A DNA stretch of 64,000 nt, taken from NCBI RefSeq assembly GCF_041146345.1, contig NW_027191404.1, forward strand, positions 1,302,001 to 1,366,000, written 5' to 3'. The notes beneath the pieces were generated by a model, which made no database searches, had not been told where the DNA came from, and saw only the letters and a program-made list of their open reading frames with translations. Below are positions 24,077 through 35,398 of the stretch, piece after piece (positions within the stretch are counted from its first letter, which is position 1; every line of letters begins with the position of its first letter). The position numbers and the translations under genes are program-made. Origin of the DNA: Neodothiora populina. Taxonomy: Eukaryota.

Positions 24077-24715
24077 TTACAACAACACGACAAGCACAGC
24101 CGCAACAACCGGCAGCCCAACAGCCCCCGCCCATCCCATTGCCCCAGTCGTGCCAACCCTCAGCGCCGCAGCACCAGACGCCGACCCTGTAAGATTGAAC
24201 AGCGTAAACTTCAACCTCCCACCGCATATCTCGCTCGTATTGCCCACGCAGGCGAGATTACACTCGCTGGCGTCGAGCTGCACGGACAGCGTGCTAAGGT
24301 ACGGCGAGCACCAGCACTCCTGGCCGTACTCGAGACCAGCGTACTGGAAGGAGCCCGCGGCGCAGAAGTCGAGGCAGGATTTCGTCGAGGCCGTCGCGTT
24401 GGATTCCTGTTTTTGTTTCCATCAGTGCTTTTCTTGCGCGCGCGCGCGCGCGCGCTCTGAGTCGTACACTCGGATAGAGGTGTAGAACGAAGGACGCACC
24501 ATTGCGCCGTTCGCTAGTGCGCGCGCCCCGCTGCCGTTTGGCACGTAGACTGTCTCGTTGTAGCACCCCGCGTACGTGTAGCCGTGCGAGCCGGCGCCGA
24601 CGACGGCGGTCGAGTTTGCGATTTCGGGCGTCAGGTCTCTTTTGTGCAGGCTGGATTTACCGGCTGAGGCGAGGGATGAGAGGGCCAGGAGCGGGAGGGC
24701 GATGAGGGATAGCAT
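24077..24715 (-). CDS. Small secreted/GPI-anchored WSC-domain protein, intron 24407-24499
   Basis: Signal peptide. Spliced product reads YAGCYNE...CLDFC...YAGLEYGQECWC...CNLACVGNTSEICGG. Hydrophobic tail. Confidence 0.88.
24436..24455. repeat. (GC)10 dinucleotide run inside the WSC-gene intron
   Basis: gcgcgcgcgcgcgcgcgcgc read directly. Confidence 0.9.
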
Positions 24716-25713
24716 GGTTGTTTGTTTTTTCTGTCTTCTGGCGTCGCGGTGAGAGGACCAGAGGGGGTTGAGTCGTGGAGTGAGAGAGTGGTTTGCGAAT
24801 ACTTGCCGTCGACGATACAGAGTGACTGGAGATGGAAAGAAAGAAAGGAAAGAAATTGGTGATTCACCTGCTGCGCTGCGGAGAGAGATAATCTGGCACA
24901 ACCTTATCTCTTGTGTTTCTGTAGGATCGAACAACACAAGGTAGGCGGATCAAAGTAATTGAGCTGAACTACCGTACCTTCTTTTACCCTTTTTCCTACC
25001 TTGAGCTTAAACCTGCCATAGTACTTGCGCCGGGTCTAGCAGGACGCGCCGAGGAAGAAGAGGGCTGCTGCTGCTTTGCAGTTGGGTCCCGCCAACCGAC
25101 CGTTTGCTGTGCGCGTGTGTGCATGCATGCCACCACCCCCCAATTCCTATCAACGCCTGAAGAAAGAAAAAAGACTAACGATTGTAGACAAGCCCACTGC
25201 ATGTCTAGAACCTGAGAACGAAAGGGTAAATAATCCACTAAGAACAAAATGCACGGTTCGGGGAGAGGGAATCATGCAGGTCCCTGAGCCGGCAAAGTCG
25301 TTTGTCCTGTTTGGGGTTGGCTGGCTTTGCCCCTGCGCAAGCCATGGGCTAGCTTCTTTTGCTGAAAGATACAAGTAGAGAGAGAGGTGTGGGTGGGTTT
25401 TGGCGGTGGACTTCGTACTCGTGTCTATTTATATGCTATCTCTGGTCATGTCTGTATTGCATATTGCATACTGCATATTCAAGTGTTCCGAGGCGCTGGG
25501 GCAGTAGTATACGAGTGGTTCTTGCGATATGCATGTATGATAAGGTAGTCTCGTGGAAGGCTGACTCAGGTCCCAACACATGGCTTGGATCAGCACAGCG
25601 TTTGATTGTCGTTAAGAATTCGATCGACCACGAATATTCACTGTACATACATTCTCCAGAAACACGTAAAATCATGTCTACGACCGTACATACACGGCCA
25701 CCTTGAGCAACCT

Positions 25714-26784
25714 CTACTCCTCTCGGCCTTGCGCCGACATCATCAGCCGCGAAGGGTCAGCGGCACTTTCAGTATGACAACATGGACAGGGTCCCGTGCC
25801 CAACCCCGGCGGCTCCAGGCAATCTTCGTAAAAGTCATGACCATCCGCCGTCGCAAACCACACTGGTGCAGCCGGTCCGATAACACCGCTGTCGCCAGTC
25901 AACAGATCAAGACCCTCTGAGGATGTATAGCTGCCTGCTACACCGCCTGTTGAGCTGATCGTCGCGGCATCGTTGTCCGTATCCTCTTCCTCGCTTGTTG
26001 CAGAGCAATCAGAGTGAAATGCGATCCCTGAGTCGCGAGCAACATGGATGCGTTCGCTTTGAAGTCTCTCGTCAGTTTCACTTCCTTTGTGTATAGACGA
26101 TCCGGCAGGATCCCGAGCTCTGACCTCAGAAGCCATCGGGAAGAGTGTTGTGATAGGTAATCCGATGAATTTCACCTTGCGATGACGCTGCTTATACCGA
26201 TCCACGTCGACAAGCTTTCCCTCGGATGAACTGGTGGGCGGTGCAGTCATGGAGAAGGCTTGCGCAAGTGGTGACATCGTTCTTGTGGTGTTAATGTTGT
26301 AATATACCGCATCCCTAAGGCATTTCGGCAATCGTTGAATCAGCTCGAATGGCATCGAAATCGTTTCTCTGTTCCGGTCATGGCCTGCTTCTCCATCTTC
26401 CTCTACTTCCGCCTCATAATCAGAATCCGAAGCAGTCGTCAATCGGGCCATCTCTTCGATGGGACACTGCGGCTGCAGCACATTTGCTGAAGCCAGCTCC
26501 TCGACATTGTCTGATGTATTGACAGGCTCAGTCGTCGGGACATGTACACTTTCAATCGATGAAGGGCCCGCAGACATCAATAGTTCAGCAGACTGGCGCC
26601 GTCGCTGTCTGTCGGCTGCTTGCTCATAAATTGCCTGCAGCTGGACCATGTTCTTCTCGTGCTTGGTGGTAGGAGGTGCGGCATCACTGCCAGTCTGATC
26701 GGGTTGGTTTCTCCTGGCGGCTTGGTCGCGGATGTTGAGGAGTTGGGCCATGATGCGTGCGTGTCTTCCAGTCCGAGACTCCAT
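25714..26784 (-). CDS. Hypothetical protein, 356 aa, largely low-complexity/disordered
   Basis: Long ATG-initiated ORF in an otherwise gene-free interval; no recognisable domain. Confidence 0.5.
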   Translation of the reverse strand: MESRTGRHARIMAQLLNIRDQAARRNQPDQTGSDAAPPTTKHEKNMVQLQAIYEQAADRQRRRQSAELLMSAGPSSIESVHVPTTEPVNTSDNVEELASANVLQPQCPIEEMARLTTASDSDYEAEVEEDGEAGHDRNRETISMPFELIQRLPKCLRDAVYYNINTTRTMSPLAQAFSMTAPPTSSSEGKLVDVDRYKQRHRKVKFIGLPITTLFPMASEVRARDPAGSSIHKGSETDERLQSERIHVARDSGIAFHSDCSATSEEEDTDNDAATISSTGGVAGSYTSSEGLDLLTGDSGVIGPAAPVWFATADGHDFYEDCLEPPGLGTGPCPCCHTESAADPSRLMMSAQGREE

Positions 26785-27867
26785 TGTTTCTTCCGCGTGG
26801 ACAGATCGCTCTAGATAACAAGGGGTGATCTATGAAATGTTTCGAGATGGGGGCTCTGAGTTTCTGATGCTGGGTGCTGCTGTTAAAGATAAGGTTGGAG
26901 TGAGAGACGAGTGTATCCTTCTTCTCCAACTCTTTTACGAGGGAAGTACGACTTGATCTAGTTCCTTGTAGATGATGAGAGCAAAACAATAAATTGAGGT
27001 TAGAACTTCAAGTACTTTGCTCTTGATCGGGAGTTTGCCCATTTCATATACCAAAACTGTTGCACTTAGCTTTCTGGACCTCTAGCAATGTATGTTGCGC
27101 ATCACAGTTCGCACACCTGCACTTTAGCTTCACTGGTCTTGGGTTTGGCTTATTAGACTTGCTTGCAAACGCACGTATGTTTACACTTGACTTATTTACC
27201 TTGCCAATACCGAAGGCAGGTTGGCTTGATTTGCATTAAGGGTATTACAGCTCGCGAAGCGGATTTCAATAGATATGATGTCGTGAGGCCTTGAGTAGAG
27301 CAAGGCAAGTAAGGGAAAGTGGTAGTAGAAGCACCACTTTTACTTGCTTACTGATGGTGTTAGAACAGAGTGAATGGGAACGCAGCTCCTTCCTTAACTT
27401 GGCCAGAAACCGAAAACACGTGAACGCAGTTAAGCTTGCTAACACAGTCAAGGAAGCTTATAATCTTGTCAAGGCAATCAGAGCCAGACACAGGGATTGG
27501 GGAACAACGACGATGATGGTGGCCTTAAGAATGATACTGAATCTAGATCAGCTCCTGTGCAAACACACCTCTCGTGAAATAGGCAAAACACTCTCTACCG
27601 CCCGAGTATCCTTTTCGCCACGATTTCCAATTGCCCGTGATTGCGTGTGCGAGAATGCAGAATGCAGAACTCCCGTGACACAAGGAGGCGCCGCCCAAGG
27701 GAAAACCAAAAAAAGAAGGAATCGGACATGTAATCATTCCGGCAACACCAGCCAATGTTGGGGAGGGAAAACAAAAGACGAGGGACCGAGGAATGCACCG
27801 CTCGTGAAGACCAGATGTACTCCAAGGAGTCCAACCCAGGGAAACCGCCGTCACTGAGAAGAAATTC

Positions 27868-30216
27868 TTAAAGAAGTTCCCCATCTCCATCGCCGGCATC
27901 ACTACCACTATCCCAATCCACCTCATCATCCTCCAACTCCTCGGCACGACGTTGCACCTCTGCCAAGCCGCTGACTTCCTCGACGAACCCCTTCTCGTTG
28001 ACAGCTCTCTTGACGAAATCCCATCCGTCCTTCTCAAATGCTGAGATAATTGGTGGTGAACATGCGGAACAGCAGTCATAGGAACGACCTTTGATGGTCA
28101 TTGTGCTCCAGTTCGACAGGAAGCCGCGGAGTTGGTGAGGTACTGTACCGAGAGGATGGTCGGATTCGTCCTGGGCCGCTTGTTTCGCTGGTGCCGAAGA
28201 CGACGAGGTCATTTGAGATTGAGATTGAGATTGAGATGATGAAAGACCAGACGACGATGATGTGGTGGGTTGTACGGGTGCGGGCGCTCGCACGCGTCGT
28301 GGATGTTGTATCACTGACACAAGCAGCTCGACGGCCAGCGCTGATGCGAGAGGAGCGACGCCTGGTCTCGTTACGGTGCATTGCTGATCCAAAGTCGCGG
28401 ATTTCAGGGAGTCAGCGGGGGCTACAACATCACTACAGAAATAGCAGCCCAGTTCTTCTTCTTGCGCCGTCATGCGCACGCCATGTCTCATGACCATGTA
28501 CGTATCGAAGCCCAGAGCGGCATTGATCATGATCTTGCCCATGGATTTGCCCATCACTGTCGGTAACCACCGGGATTCGCGGGTGTCCATGAGTAGAAAG
28601 ATGGCGTCGTGCTCTCTGATCAGGTCAAGTAGCTTGTCGTACTCTGCTTTGCCTTTTGCATCGTCCATGATGGGGTGACCGGCCATGGGAACAGACATAA
28701 CGTGCCCCGTGGCGTCGACACCTGGATATATCTCTCTGAGAGCTTCGGCTGCGCGTTCCGCTTTGCGTGCGCCACCAGACAGACAGTCTTTGAAACTGTA
28801 GAGGGGTTGTCGGACCGGATTGCTGTAGCTCACCTTTGCGTTGTCGACAAAAGTGATCTTGCGCACTCCCCAGCCCATGAGGTTTCGTGCGACGTATGAG
28901 CCCAATGTGCCAGCACCCAGTAATAGACATTTTGTTTGTTTGATGGCATCGAGATCGATGGACGGAGCGATGCGCCACTTGATGAGTTTCAGGTTCAAGT
29001 CGACGGCTTGATCTGCGAGTCTCGAAGGGTCCATGTAGGCAGCCAGGTCGACGGTTCGAGAGGTAAGTTTGTTGTTATCATTGCGTTCCCAGCCAGTGAT
29101 CTTAGGGCAGGGACCTCGTTCCTCGGGCGGGATGGATCGGGGAGAAATGGCGGGTGGCGTGCTCGGTCGAGAGTTGGCTTCTGTCTTCGTCGCCGCTGCA
29201 GGGGCCAGTGATTGTGTAGGCTGTGCAGCCGTTGACTCGGGCCGGGGGGCCTTGTCGCTTTCGGTCTTGATGCTCTCGATGTGAAGGATGATACTGGTGG
29301 GATGCTCCCGTCGCGCATGCGTGTCTCTGTAACAAAGGACTTGGAGATGATCGAGTTGCCAACGCTGTCGCACCAGTACAAGCAGGTTTCGTAGCATCCA
29401 ACCTGGATTGCTGGGGTAAGTAGACGGATCGGCGAAACATATAAACCGGTCGCCGGGCTCTGCATTGTCGAAGAAGCCCTTCTCGTATGCGGACAGAGAA
29501 TCGATCTGCCAAACATAACCGACGTCTTCCTCGGCCGGAGTGGTAGGATAATCAGTGCTTCCCCGTCTCTCGTACTCGTCGTGATCTTCTGGTACGTCCG
29601 TGTCATGGTGGAGATCGAGGAGACCCTTCTTCACCTTTTTGGCCAAGAAGAAACCGCGTTGGCGCGTGTCGACGCTGTATTTCCACGTCTGAACTTTGTC
29701 GACCAGGTGCAGGGTGTCGTTGGGGGTGAGCTGCTGAACGGCAGCGCCTGGGCGCATGCGCCACTGCGGACTCGAGTGCAGGGCGGGATATGCAAAATGG
29801 TAGTTGAACTTGTATTTCTTCAGGTCGGCGAAACATATGGCGGAGAAGGAGGCGAGGAGCGAGGGACAGGAGAAGATTGTGCCGTCGTGGATTGCATCCC
29901 ACAGAGTCTGGCCGGCGCGTTCGATGTGTGCCGTCCTATCGACGCTCTTGTATTCTCCGATGGTGTTGAAGTTGCGGATGTAGCCCTCGCTGCGATAGAA
30001 GTTGTTCGGAACATGGTCCGAGGTCAGAGCATTGCCGTGGATCTGCATGCGCGTGGAGCGCTCGGGCATGTCCTTGTGCTGGATCTCGTACAAGCCAATC
30101 ACTCGGCGGGCGGAAGAGTCGAGCTTGTCATGATTGATTTTGAGATTGGCGAGAGCGGAGTAGAAGGCGAGCTCGATGTCCGAAGTCCAAGGCGCATACT
30201 GCAGTAAGCCAGCCAT
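27868..30216 (-). CDS. ATG7: Autophagy E1-like activating enzyme Atg7, apparently intronless
   Basis: LQYAPW..DIE..FY...[54 protein letters not shown], catalytic [12 protein letters not shown]. Confidence 0.96.
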   Translation of the reverse strand: MAGLLQYAPWTSDIELAFYSALANLKINHDKLDSSARRVIGLYEIQHKDMPERSTRMQIHGNALTSDHVPNNFYRSEGYIRNFNTIGEYKSVDRTAHIERAGQTLWDAIHDGTIFSCPSLLASFSAICFADLKKYKFNYHFAYPALHSSPQWRMRPGAAVQQLTPNDTLHLVDKVQTWKYSVDTRQRGFFLAKKVKKGLLDLHHDTDVPEDHDEYERRGSTDYPTTPAEEDVGYVWQIDSLSAYEKGFFDNAEPGDRFICFADPSTYPSNPGWMLRNLLVLVRQRWQLDHLQVLCYRDTHARREHPTSIILHIESIKTESDKAPRPESTAAQPTQSLAPAAATKTEANSRPSTPPAISPRSIPPEERGPCPKITGWERNDNNKLTSRTVDLAAYMDPSRLADQAVDLNLKLIKWRIAPSIDLDAIKQTKCLLLGAGTLGSYVARNLMGWGVRKITFVDNAKVSYSNPVRQPLYSFKDCLSGGARKAERAAEALREIYPGVDATGHVMSVPMAGHPIMDDAKGKAEYDKLLDLIREHDAIFLLMDTRESRWLPTVMGKSMGKIMINAALGFDTYMVMRHGVRMTAQEEELGCYFCSDVVAPADSLKSATLDQQCTVTRPGVAPLASALAVELLVSVIQHPRRVRAPAPVQPTTSSSSGLSSSQSQSQSQMTSSSSAPAKQAAQDESDHPLGTVPHQLRGFLSNWSTMTIKGRSYDCCSACSPPIISAFEKDGWDFVKRAVNEKGFVEEVSGLAEVQRRAEELEDDEVDWDSGSDAGDGDGELL

Positions 30217-30219
30217 GGT

Positions 30220-30270
30220 GGACGCTGGACGCTGGACGCTGGACGCTGGACGCTGGACGCTGGACGCTGG
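30220..30270. repeat. 7-bp tandem repeat (GGACGCT)x7 abutting the ATG7 start codon
   Basis: Seven perfect copies read directly. Confidence 0.9.
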
Positions 30271-30837
30271 ATGATGGGAAAATGCGAAGGGAGGGGCAGA
30301 AGCCGGAGGGATGTGGGGGAAAGGGGGGAAGAGTGAGGCTGTCAAAGGATATCAATGTCTCAGGTCAAGTCGGTCATGCGGCAGGCACTCAGATGATTAG
30401 ATGACTTGGGTAGAAGCAGGAGGCGGTTATTATTTCAGGTATTCTTGTCCTTGTCCATCGTGGTCAGGCCTCATGCACCGTCGACTCACACTGCCACAGT
30501 AGTAATCCAACACTTTATGGGGATATACAGACACGCGCTAAGGCAGCTCAATGACGTTCATGTGCCTAATCCGGGCTCATGATTGATTTGCGCAGCCCAA
30601 AGCGCGTGTTTCGTGTTTTGCTACGCGTCGAGCCCCGAAGAAACCCTGAAACATGCGGCTGAATTGTGCAACAAGTGATTGTTGTTTCGTGTACTACGAT
30701 GAGGTCTAAAGCAAGATATCACATAGAGATATCCCTCTGTCACTGCTGCGCCAGACGACTTACGCTAAGAAGCTCCTGCTGCAGGGACAGTAGGTACAAT
30801 ACAACAAGCCAGATCAGCCATCTCGTCTATCTCGACC

Positions 30838-32212
30838 ATGTTGATCGGTATATGCGGCGGTATGTGTGCATCTGCACCACCCGACTCGTCGTTGGTCCTA
30901 AAAAGCTGAACCCAAAGAAAAGCAATCTGCGCAGGTAAACAATCAGTCGCCAACTACCTGATCCAGACACACGACTTCACTCCGCTTTCCATGAAACGAC
31001 CATCGCCGACTCCCGCAATCGAGAAATCAGCCGACCTGTGCGATGTGCCGTCATCCACACCTTCATCATCACCAGCAACTACATCAGCGACGACAATCAC
31101 TACCGCCACACCGCAACCCATCGAATTCGAAAATGTAAACGCTTTAGACGAGCACGTTTCCCGCGACTGGCGCACGAACTTTGTCCTGACCACGATCTGG
31201 AACGAGTCCATCCTCGACCACCTGCAGAAGCGACCCTACTTCATCTTCATGAGCATCGACGCCCCGACCGGTTTGCGCTGGCAACGCTTCCGCGCTCGCT
31301 GCGCACAACACAACCAGGAAGCCCCGACGCTCGAGGACTTTGTCATCCGCAGCGACGAGCACGTCTACGACACCACGAACAATGGCAGCAGCGCGGGATC
31401 GGCGAGTCTGGTGGCGCTGTCTGCCCGCGCTCAGATCCGCATCGTGAACTCCGCCTCGGAGATGTCGACCCTGAACGCAAGTCTCGAGGCTCTGAACCTG
31501 CTAGATCCAGCCAGGCTGCGGCCGACGTGGGACCAGTACTTCATGCAACTCGCCGACTTGGCTGCGCGAAGAAGCAATTGCATGCGGCGGCAAGTCGGCT
31601 GTGTGCTCGTGCGAGAGAAACGGGTCATCAGCACAGGATACAACGGCACGCCCCGCAACGTGACGAATTGCAACGACGGAGGCTGTCCGCGGTGCAATAC
31701 CAGTATTGGACGAGGCGGCGCGGCATTGAGTACCTGTTTGTGTCTGCACGCCGAGGAGAACGCGCTGTTGGAGGCTGGAAGGGAGAGGATCGGGGATGCG
31801 GCCGTGCTTTATTGTAACACGTTCGTCTTTTGGCCTCCGTCGCAACCATCGTGCTGCCTCATCGTATCAAGACTCACACTGACTTTCGACGACCACAAAC
31901 AGATGTCCCTGTCTTACGTGCAGCGTCAAAATCGTCCAGGTCGGAATCACAGAAGTCGTCTTCAGCCAAAGCTATCACATGGACGTCGAGGTGACAACAC
32001 CCATCTCTTTATTTTAATATGAAAAGACATGTGCTAACATGAACCAAATAAACAGAGTGCCAAAATCTTCCAGCAGGCTGGCGTGCGCCTGCGACAATTC
32101 TCACCGGTAAGTGGAACAATACCTTTGCAGAAGGAGAAGAAAGCAGAAAAAGCATAGACACTGACACACGAGAGAAAAATAGCCCAGGGAAGGTCTTGTC
32201 AATCTATGTTGA
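30838..32212 (+). CDS. DCD1: dCMP deaminase, 5 exons (introns 30860-30922, 31821-31902, 31991-32055, 32107-32182)
   Basis: MLIGICGAICAGK, RPTWDQYFM.LA.LAA.RSNC, TGYNGTP, CLHAEENA, spliced TCPCLTCSVKI, PREGLV end. Confidence 0.93.
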
Positions 32213-32428
32213 GGTGATCCGGATGACTCCTTATATTTTGTCTTTTTCCCTGCGGGATCTGGGAACTTTGCGAGAGGGAAGAAGGAATTGAGGACGTGTG
32301 GATATGGATTTTCCCCTTTCTGTCTCGACAGTGTTTTTCCCTCCTGAAAGATGAAGAAAAGGAAAGAAGATTACGACTACGCGGTATGCCGTATATGTAT
32401 GCCCTCTCTCTCCACACAGATCACAGTC

Positions 32429-34568
32429 CTATAAAGTCAACGACACCGACCCCGTAGAAGACGTCGGGATATGCGCCTTGGACCCCCTGAAGAGACTCTG
32501 CCAGATGAACGCCTCGCTGAGCAGCAGCTCGATGTCCTTTTCCGTCCACTCGCGCGTCGGCAGCGCTTGCAGGAACATCATGACTTCTTGGAAGTCCATC
32601 TTGAGCAGCTTGTCCGACCATTTGACGAGAAAAGCGGCGCAGACGTACAGGTGGAAGTGCGAGAAGCCTTGGTCTTCGGCCTGTTTTTTCTTACATTAGC
32701 ATTGTGACGGGTGATTGTTGGTGGTGGGTATGATGATAAAAAAGAAAAGGAACGTACCAGATATGTATCCCACATGCGAATCGTGTTCTTGACGCTTATC
32801 TCGCGCATCAGCAGACAATTCATCCATCTGAAGCTGAACTGGATGAACTCGACGCCCTCCTGTTCCAGATGCTTGGCGAGGTTCGCGTCTATTCTCGTCG
32901 TCAGATCCTTCAGTGCCGCCACTTGCCTCTGTATGCCGGGCTGGGCGTAGATGTAGTTGTCCTGGATCCCGTCGAGTAGCTTCGTCAGGCACCAGAACGT
33001 GTCTGCCTCGACGGCGTCCAGCACTTGCTTCGGTAGTTGGCCCGGGTCCATTCCGGATTCGATCTCTGGGTCGGTAATGTACATTGCCAGGAAGACCTGC
33101 CAGAAGGGCGTGACGAGATCGTTGATGCCTTGCACGTAACCGCTGGCGGGATGTCTGATCGCCCACACATAAAGAATACGTTCCAGTGATCGCTGGGTGG
33201 CTTCGTAGCCGTACAGTTCGAGATGTGGATTCGTGCGCGGGACATCAATGCTGATTTGATGCCATATAGCCTCATCCAGACCGCGGCCCTTTCCTCGCTG
33301 TCCGACGGGCGAAGAGGCTGGGCCTCCCACCCCTACCACGACGGGCGCATCGCTGGCTGAGGTCCCCTTCTCGAATGCCTGACGCACACCATCCAGATAC
33401 TCTTTTCGCTTGCGCTCGAGTGTGGCGACTCGCCTCTCGCTGCTGGTGGGGAGGTAGCCGAGTAGGACTTGCCAGGACATGGCGCGAACCTCTTCCGGCA
33501 GACCAGACCACGCAGAGTCGCGCAACTCAGATAAAGATATAGAGCTGGATTGCAGTATGCGCTTGAACTTGTTGATGCGCGTGATGCGCGCCGAGTGCTC
33601 CTCGAGTTCCTTTGGCGATGCGCTCGGTGAGACGGGAGGATGGTTGATCAGATGTAACAGGTTGGCGGGATCACGTAGGATCTCTTTGTATTGCGGCCGG
33701 AGGATTTTCCCGTCGGGCTTTTTGGCAGATGGATAGCTCGGTAGTTTTCTCTCTTCGGCTATGTCACCGTTATCGGCCAGGCCCCAGGAGGGTGACGGGG
33801 TGATTGGAGAGAGAGTGGGGAAACTGGACGTCGATCCACCAGGGTCGGATTTCTTCTTGGTCTTCTGTCGCTGGCCCTTCCTCCGCATGCTAGCTATACT
33901 CGGCAGTCCAAACTCGTCCTCGTCTTCGTCGAAGTCCAGGGCGCTTTCCCCCTCGTCGTCAATACTGGCGATGGATAAGTCATGTCTGCTTTCTCCGAAG
34001 AAGCCAGAGTAGCCACGCCTGGTCGGTGGCGGTGATGATGCATTGCTGGCGGATTTTGTTGGAGGCCTGCTTGACTCTCGTGTGGGCGGTGTTCGAGGCC
34101 GCGAGGAAGACAGTGATCTTGAACAGCGTGAGTATATTACAAAGACAGAAAGAGAATACCGAATCATACAATGAGTCAAAGTTCAAGACGTCGGCATGTG
34201 AATATGAAGCGCCAAAGACTTTCCGGCCATCACTGCTGGTCGAGGGTTCGCGCTTGGAGGTGTTGGAGGTAGTACGCCAGAAAGGAGCCAAAGAACTGCG
34301 GGCACATGCATCAGTCTATACCAATAGCCAAGGACAAATTGGACGTTCTGTACCCACTCCGATCTGTCTACATAGGACCAAAGGCCACGTCAGCTTGTTC
34401 GACTATAGCGCAATCGAGGGATAGGATGATTGTGTGTGCGAAAGCCACTGGAGACGAACCGACCTGTACCATTTCCTATAGACGCGGTATCAGATCAGTG
34501 TTATGCGCAAAGTAAAGCACCATGGCTGGGCAATGTTCTTTACTTACCTGTTGACCCTTTCTGGACAT
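32429..34568 (-). CDS. GYP1: TBC-domain Rab GTPase-activating protein Gyp1; several tiny 5' exons, start at 34568 or 34472
   Basis: WHQISIDVPRT (IxxDxxR), GYVQGINDL (YxQ), EADTFWC, QFSFRWMNCLL; last exon FHLYVCAAFLVKWS...EAFIWQSLF. Confidence 0.92.
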
Positions 34569-35086
34569 TCTTGTCGAGCTAGACCAGCTCTGTCTTGTTG
34601 CGCAGTCGTGGATTGTTTGTGTTACTTAGCAAACAAACATGGTATGATTTCACATGGACAACAGGTCTGTCGTGAATATGGGATTGTTTTGCTGCAAGGT
34701 AATTGCATATGCAATAACAGAACAGTGCATGCTGCTCTGCTGGCACAGTTGACAACAGCAATGAGCCCCCAGTGGCCCCCCATGTCTATTGGCGCATACC
34801 TCACTGTATGATGCCATTGGCGTCTGGGCGTGATAGAGACCCTAACCGTCTTGGGCCTGTCTCTCGGGCCTCTCTCTCTTGCGCCCCTCATCGTGTGTCT
34901 GTGTGGCTACAGTGTATTGCGACGGAAGCGGAATGCCGAGCTTCAGCCATATATCCGGCCAAGACAGTCACTACTACTGTCGCGATGATTTGGAGCTTTG
35001 GCCTTTGAGCTTCGGGGCTTGGCGCTTGGGCCCCTTTGAACCCCCGAATTTGTTCACAATCCAGACTAACTCTGTACAAAGTAGAG

Positions 35087-35131
35087 GCTAGAGAGAATTG
35101 AGCTAGAGAGAATTGAGCTAGAGAGAATTAA
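35087..35131. repeat. 15-bp tandem repeat (GCTAGAGAGAATTGA)x3 in the GYP1/HRP1 divergent intergenic region
   Basis: Read directly; the third copy has one mismatch. Confidence 0.85.
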
Positions 35132-35398
35132 GAATTAAGGTACAGGTAGGAGCCAGACCAGCTCACTGTCAAGTCTCGACGTTCACTCTACTTCTCTTTC
35201 TTACCTTACCTACCACAGAACCACATCATCGTCTACCGCTTCTACCATTGCTTTGAAAGACGACATTGTGACCACTCAGGGTGTCTCTATCCGCAGAGAA
35301 TCTCAGAACCAGCCGTCGTCACAAACCTTGATTTTCTCGGCGTAGCCTTCGAGCGCGGTTGATCTGGCAATCTCTGACACCCTCATCTATCCGCTAAC

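Noticed and set aside
30217..30345. 43-aa N-terminal extension of ATG7 in the ORF track
   Set aside because: The start is not ATG and the extension is the translated heptamer repeat. The conserved start is [10 protein letters not shown] at 30216.
34541..34550. TACTTACCTG resembling the U1 snRNA 5' end
   Set aside because: It is the reverse complement of a consensus donor (CAG|GTAAGTA) of a GYP1 intron, and no U1 stem-loops or Sm site follow.
34839..34847. ACCCTAACC resembling a telomerase RNA template or telomeric seed
   Set aside because: It is a single 9-mer in a short divergent promoter, with no room or evidence for a long TER.
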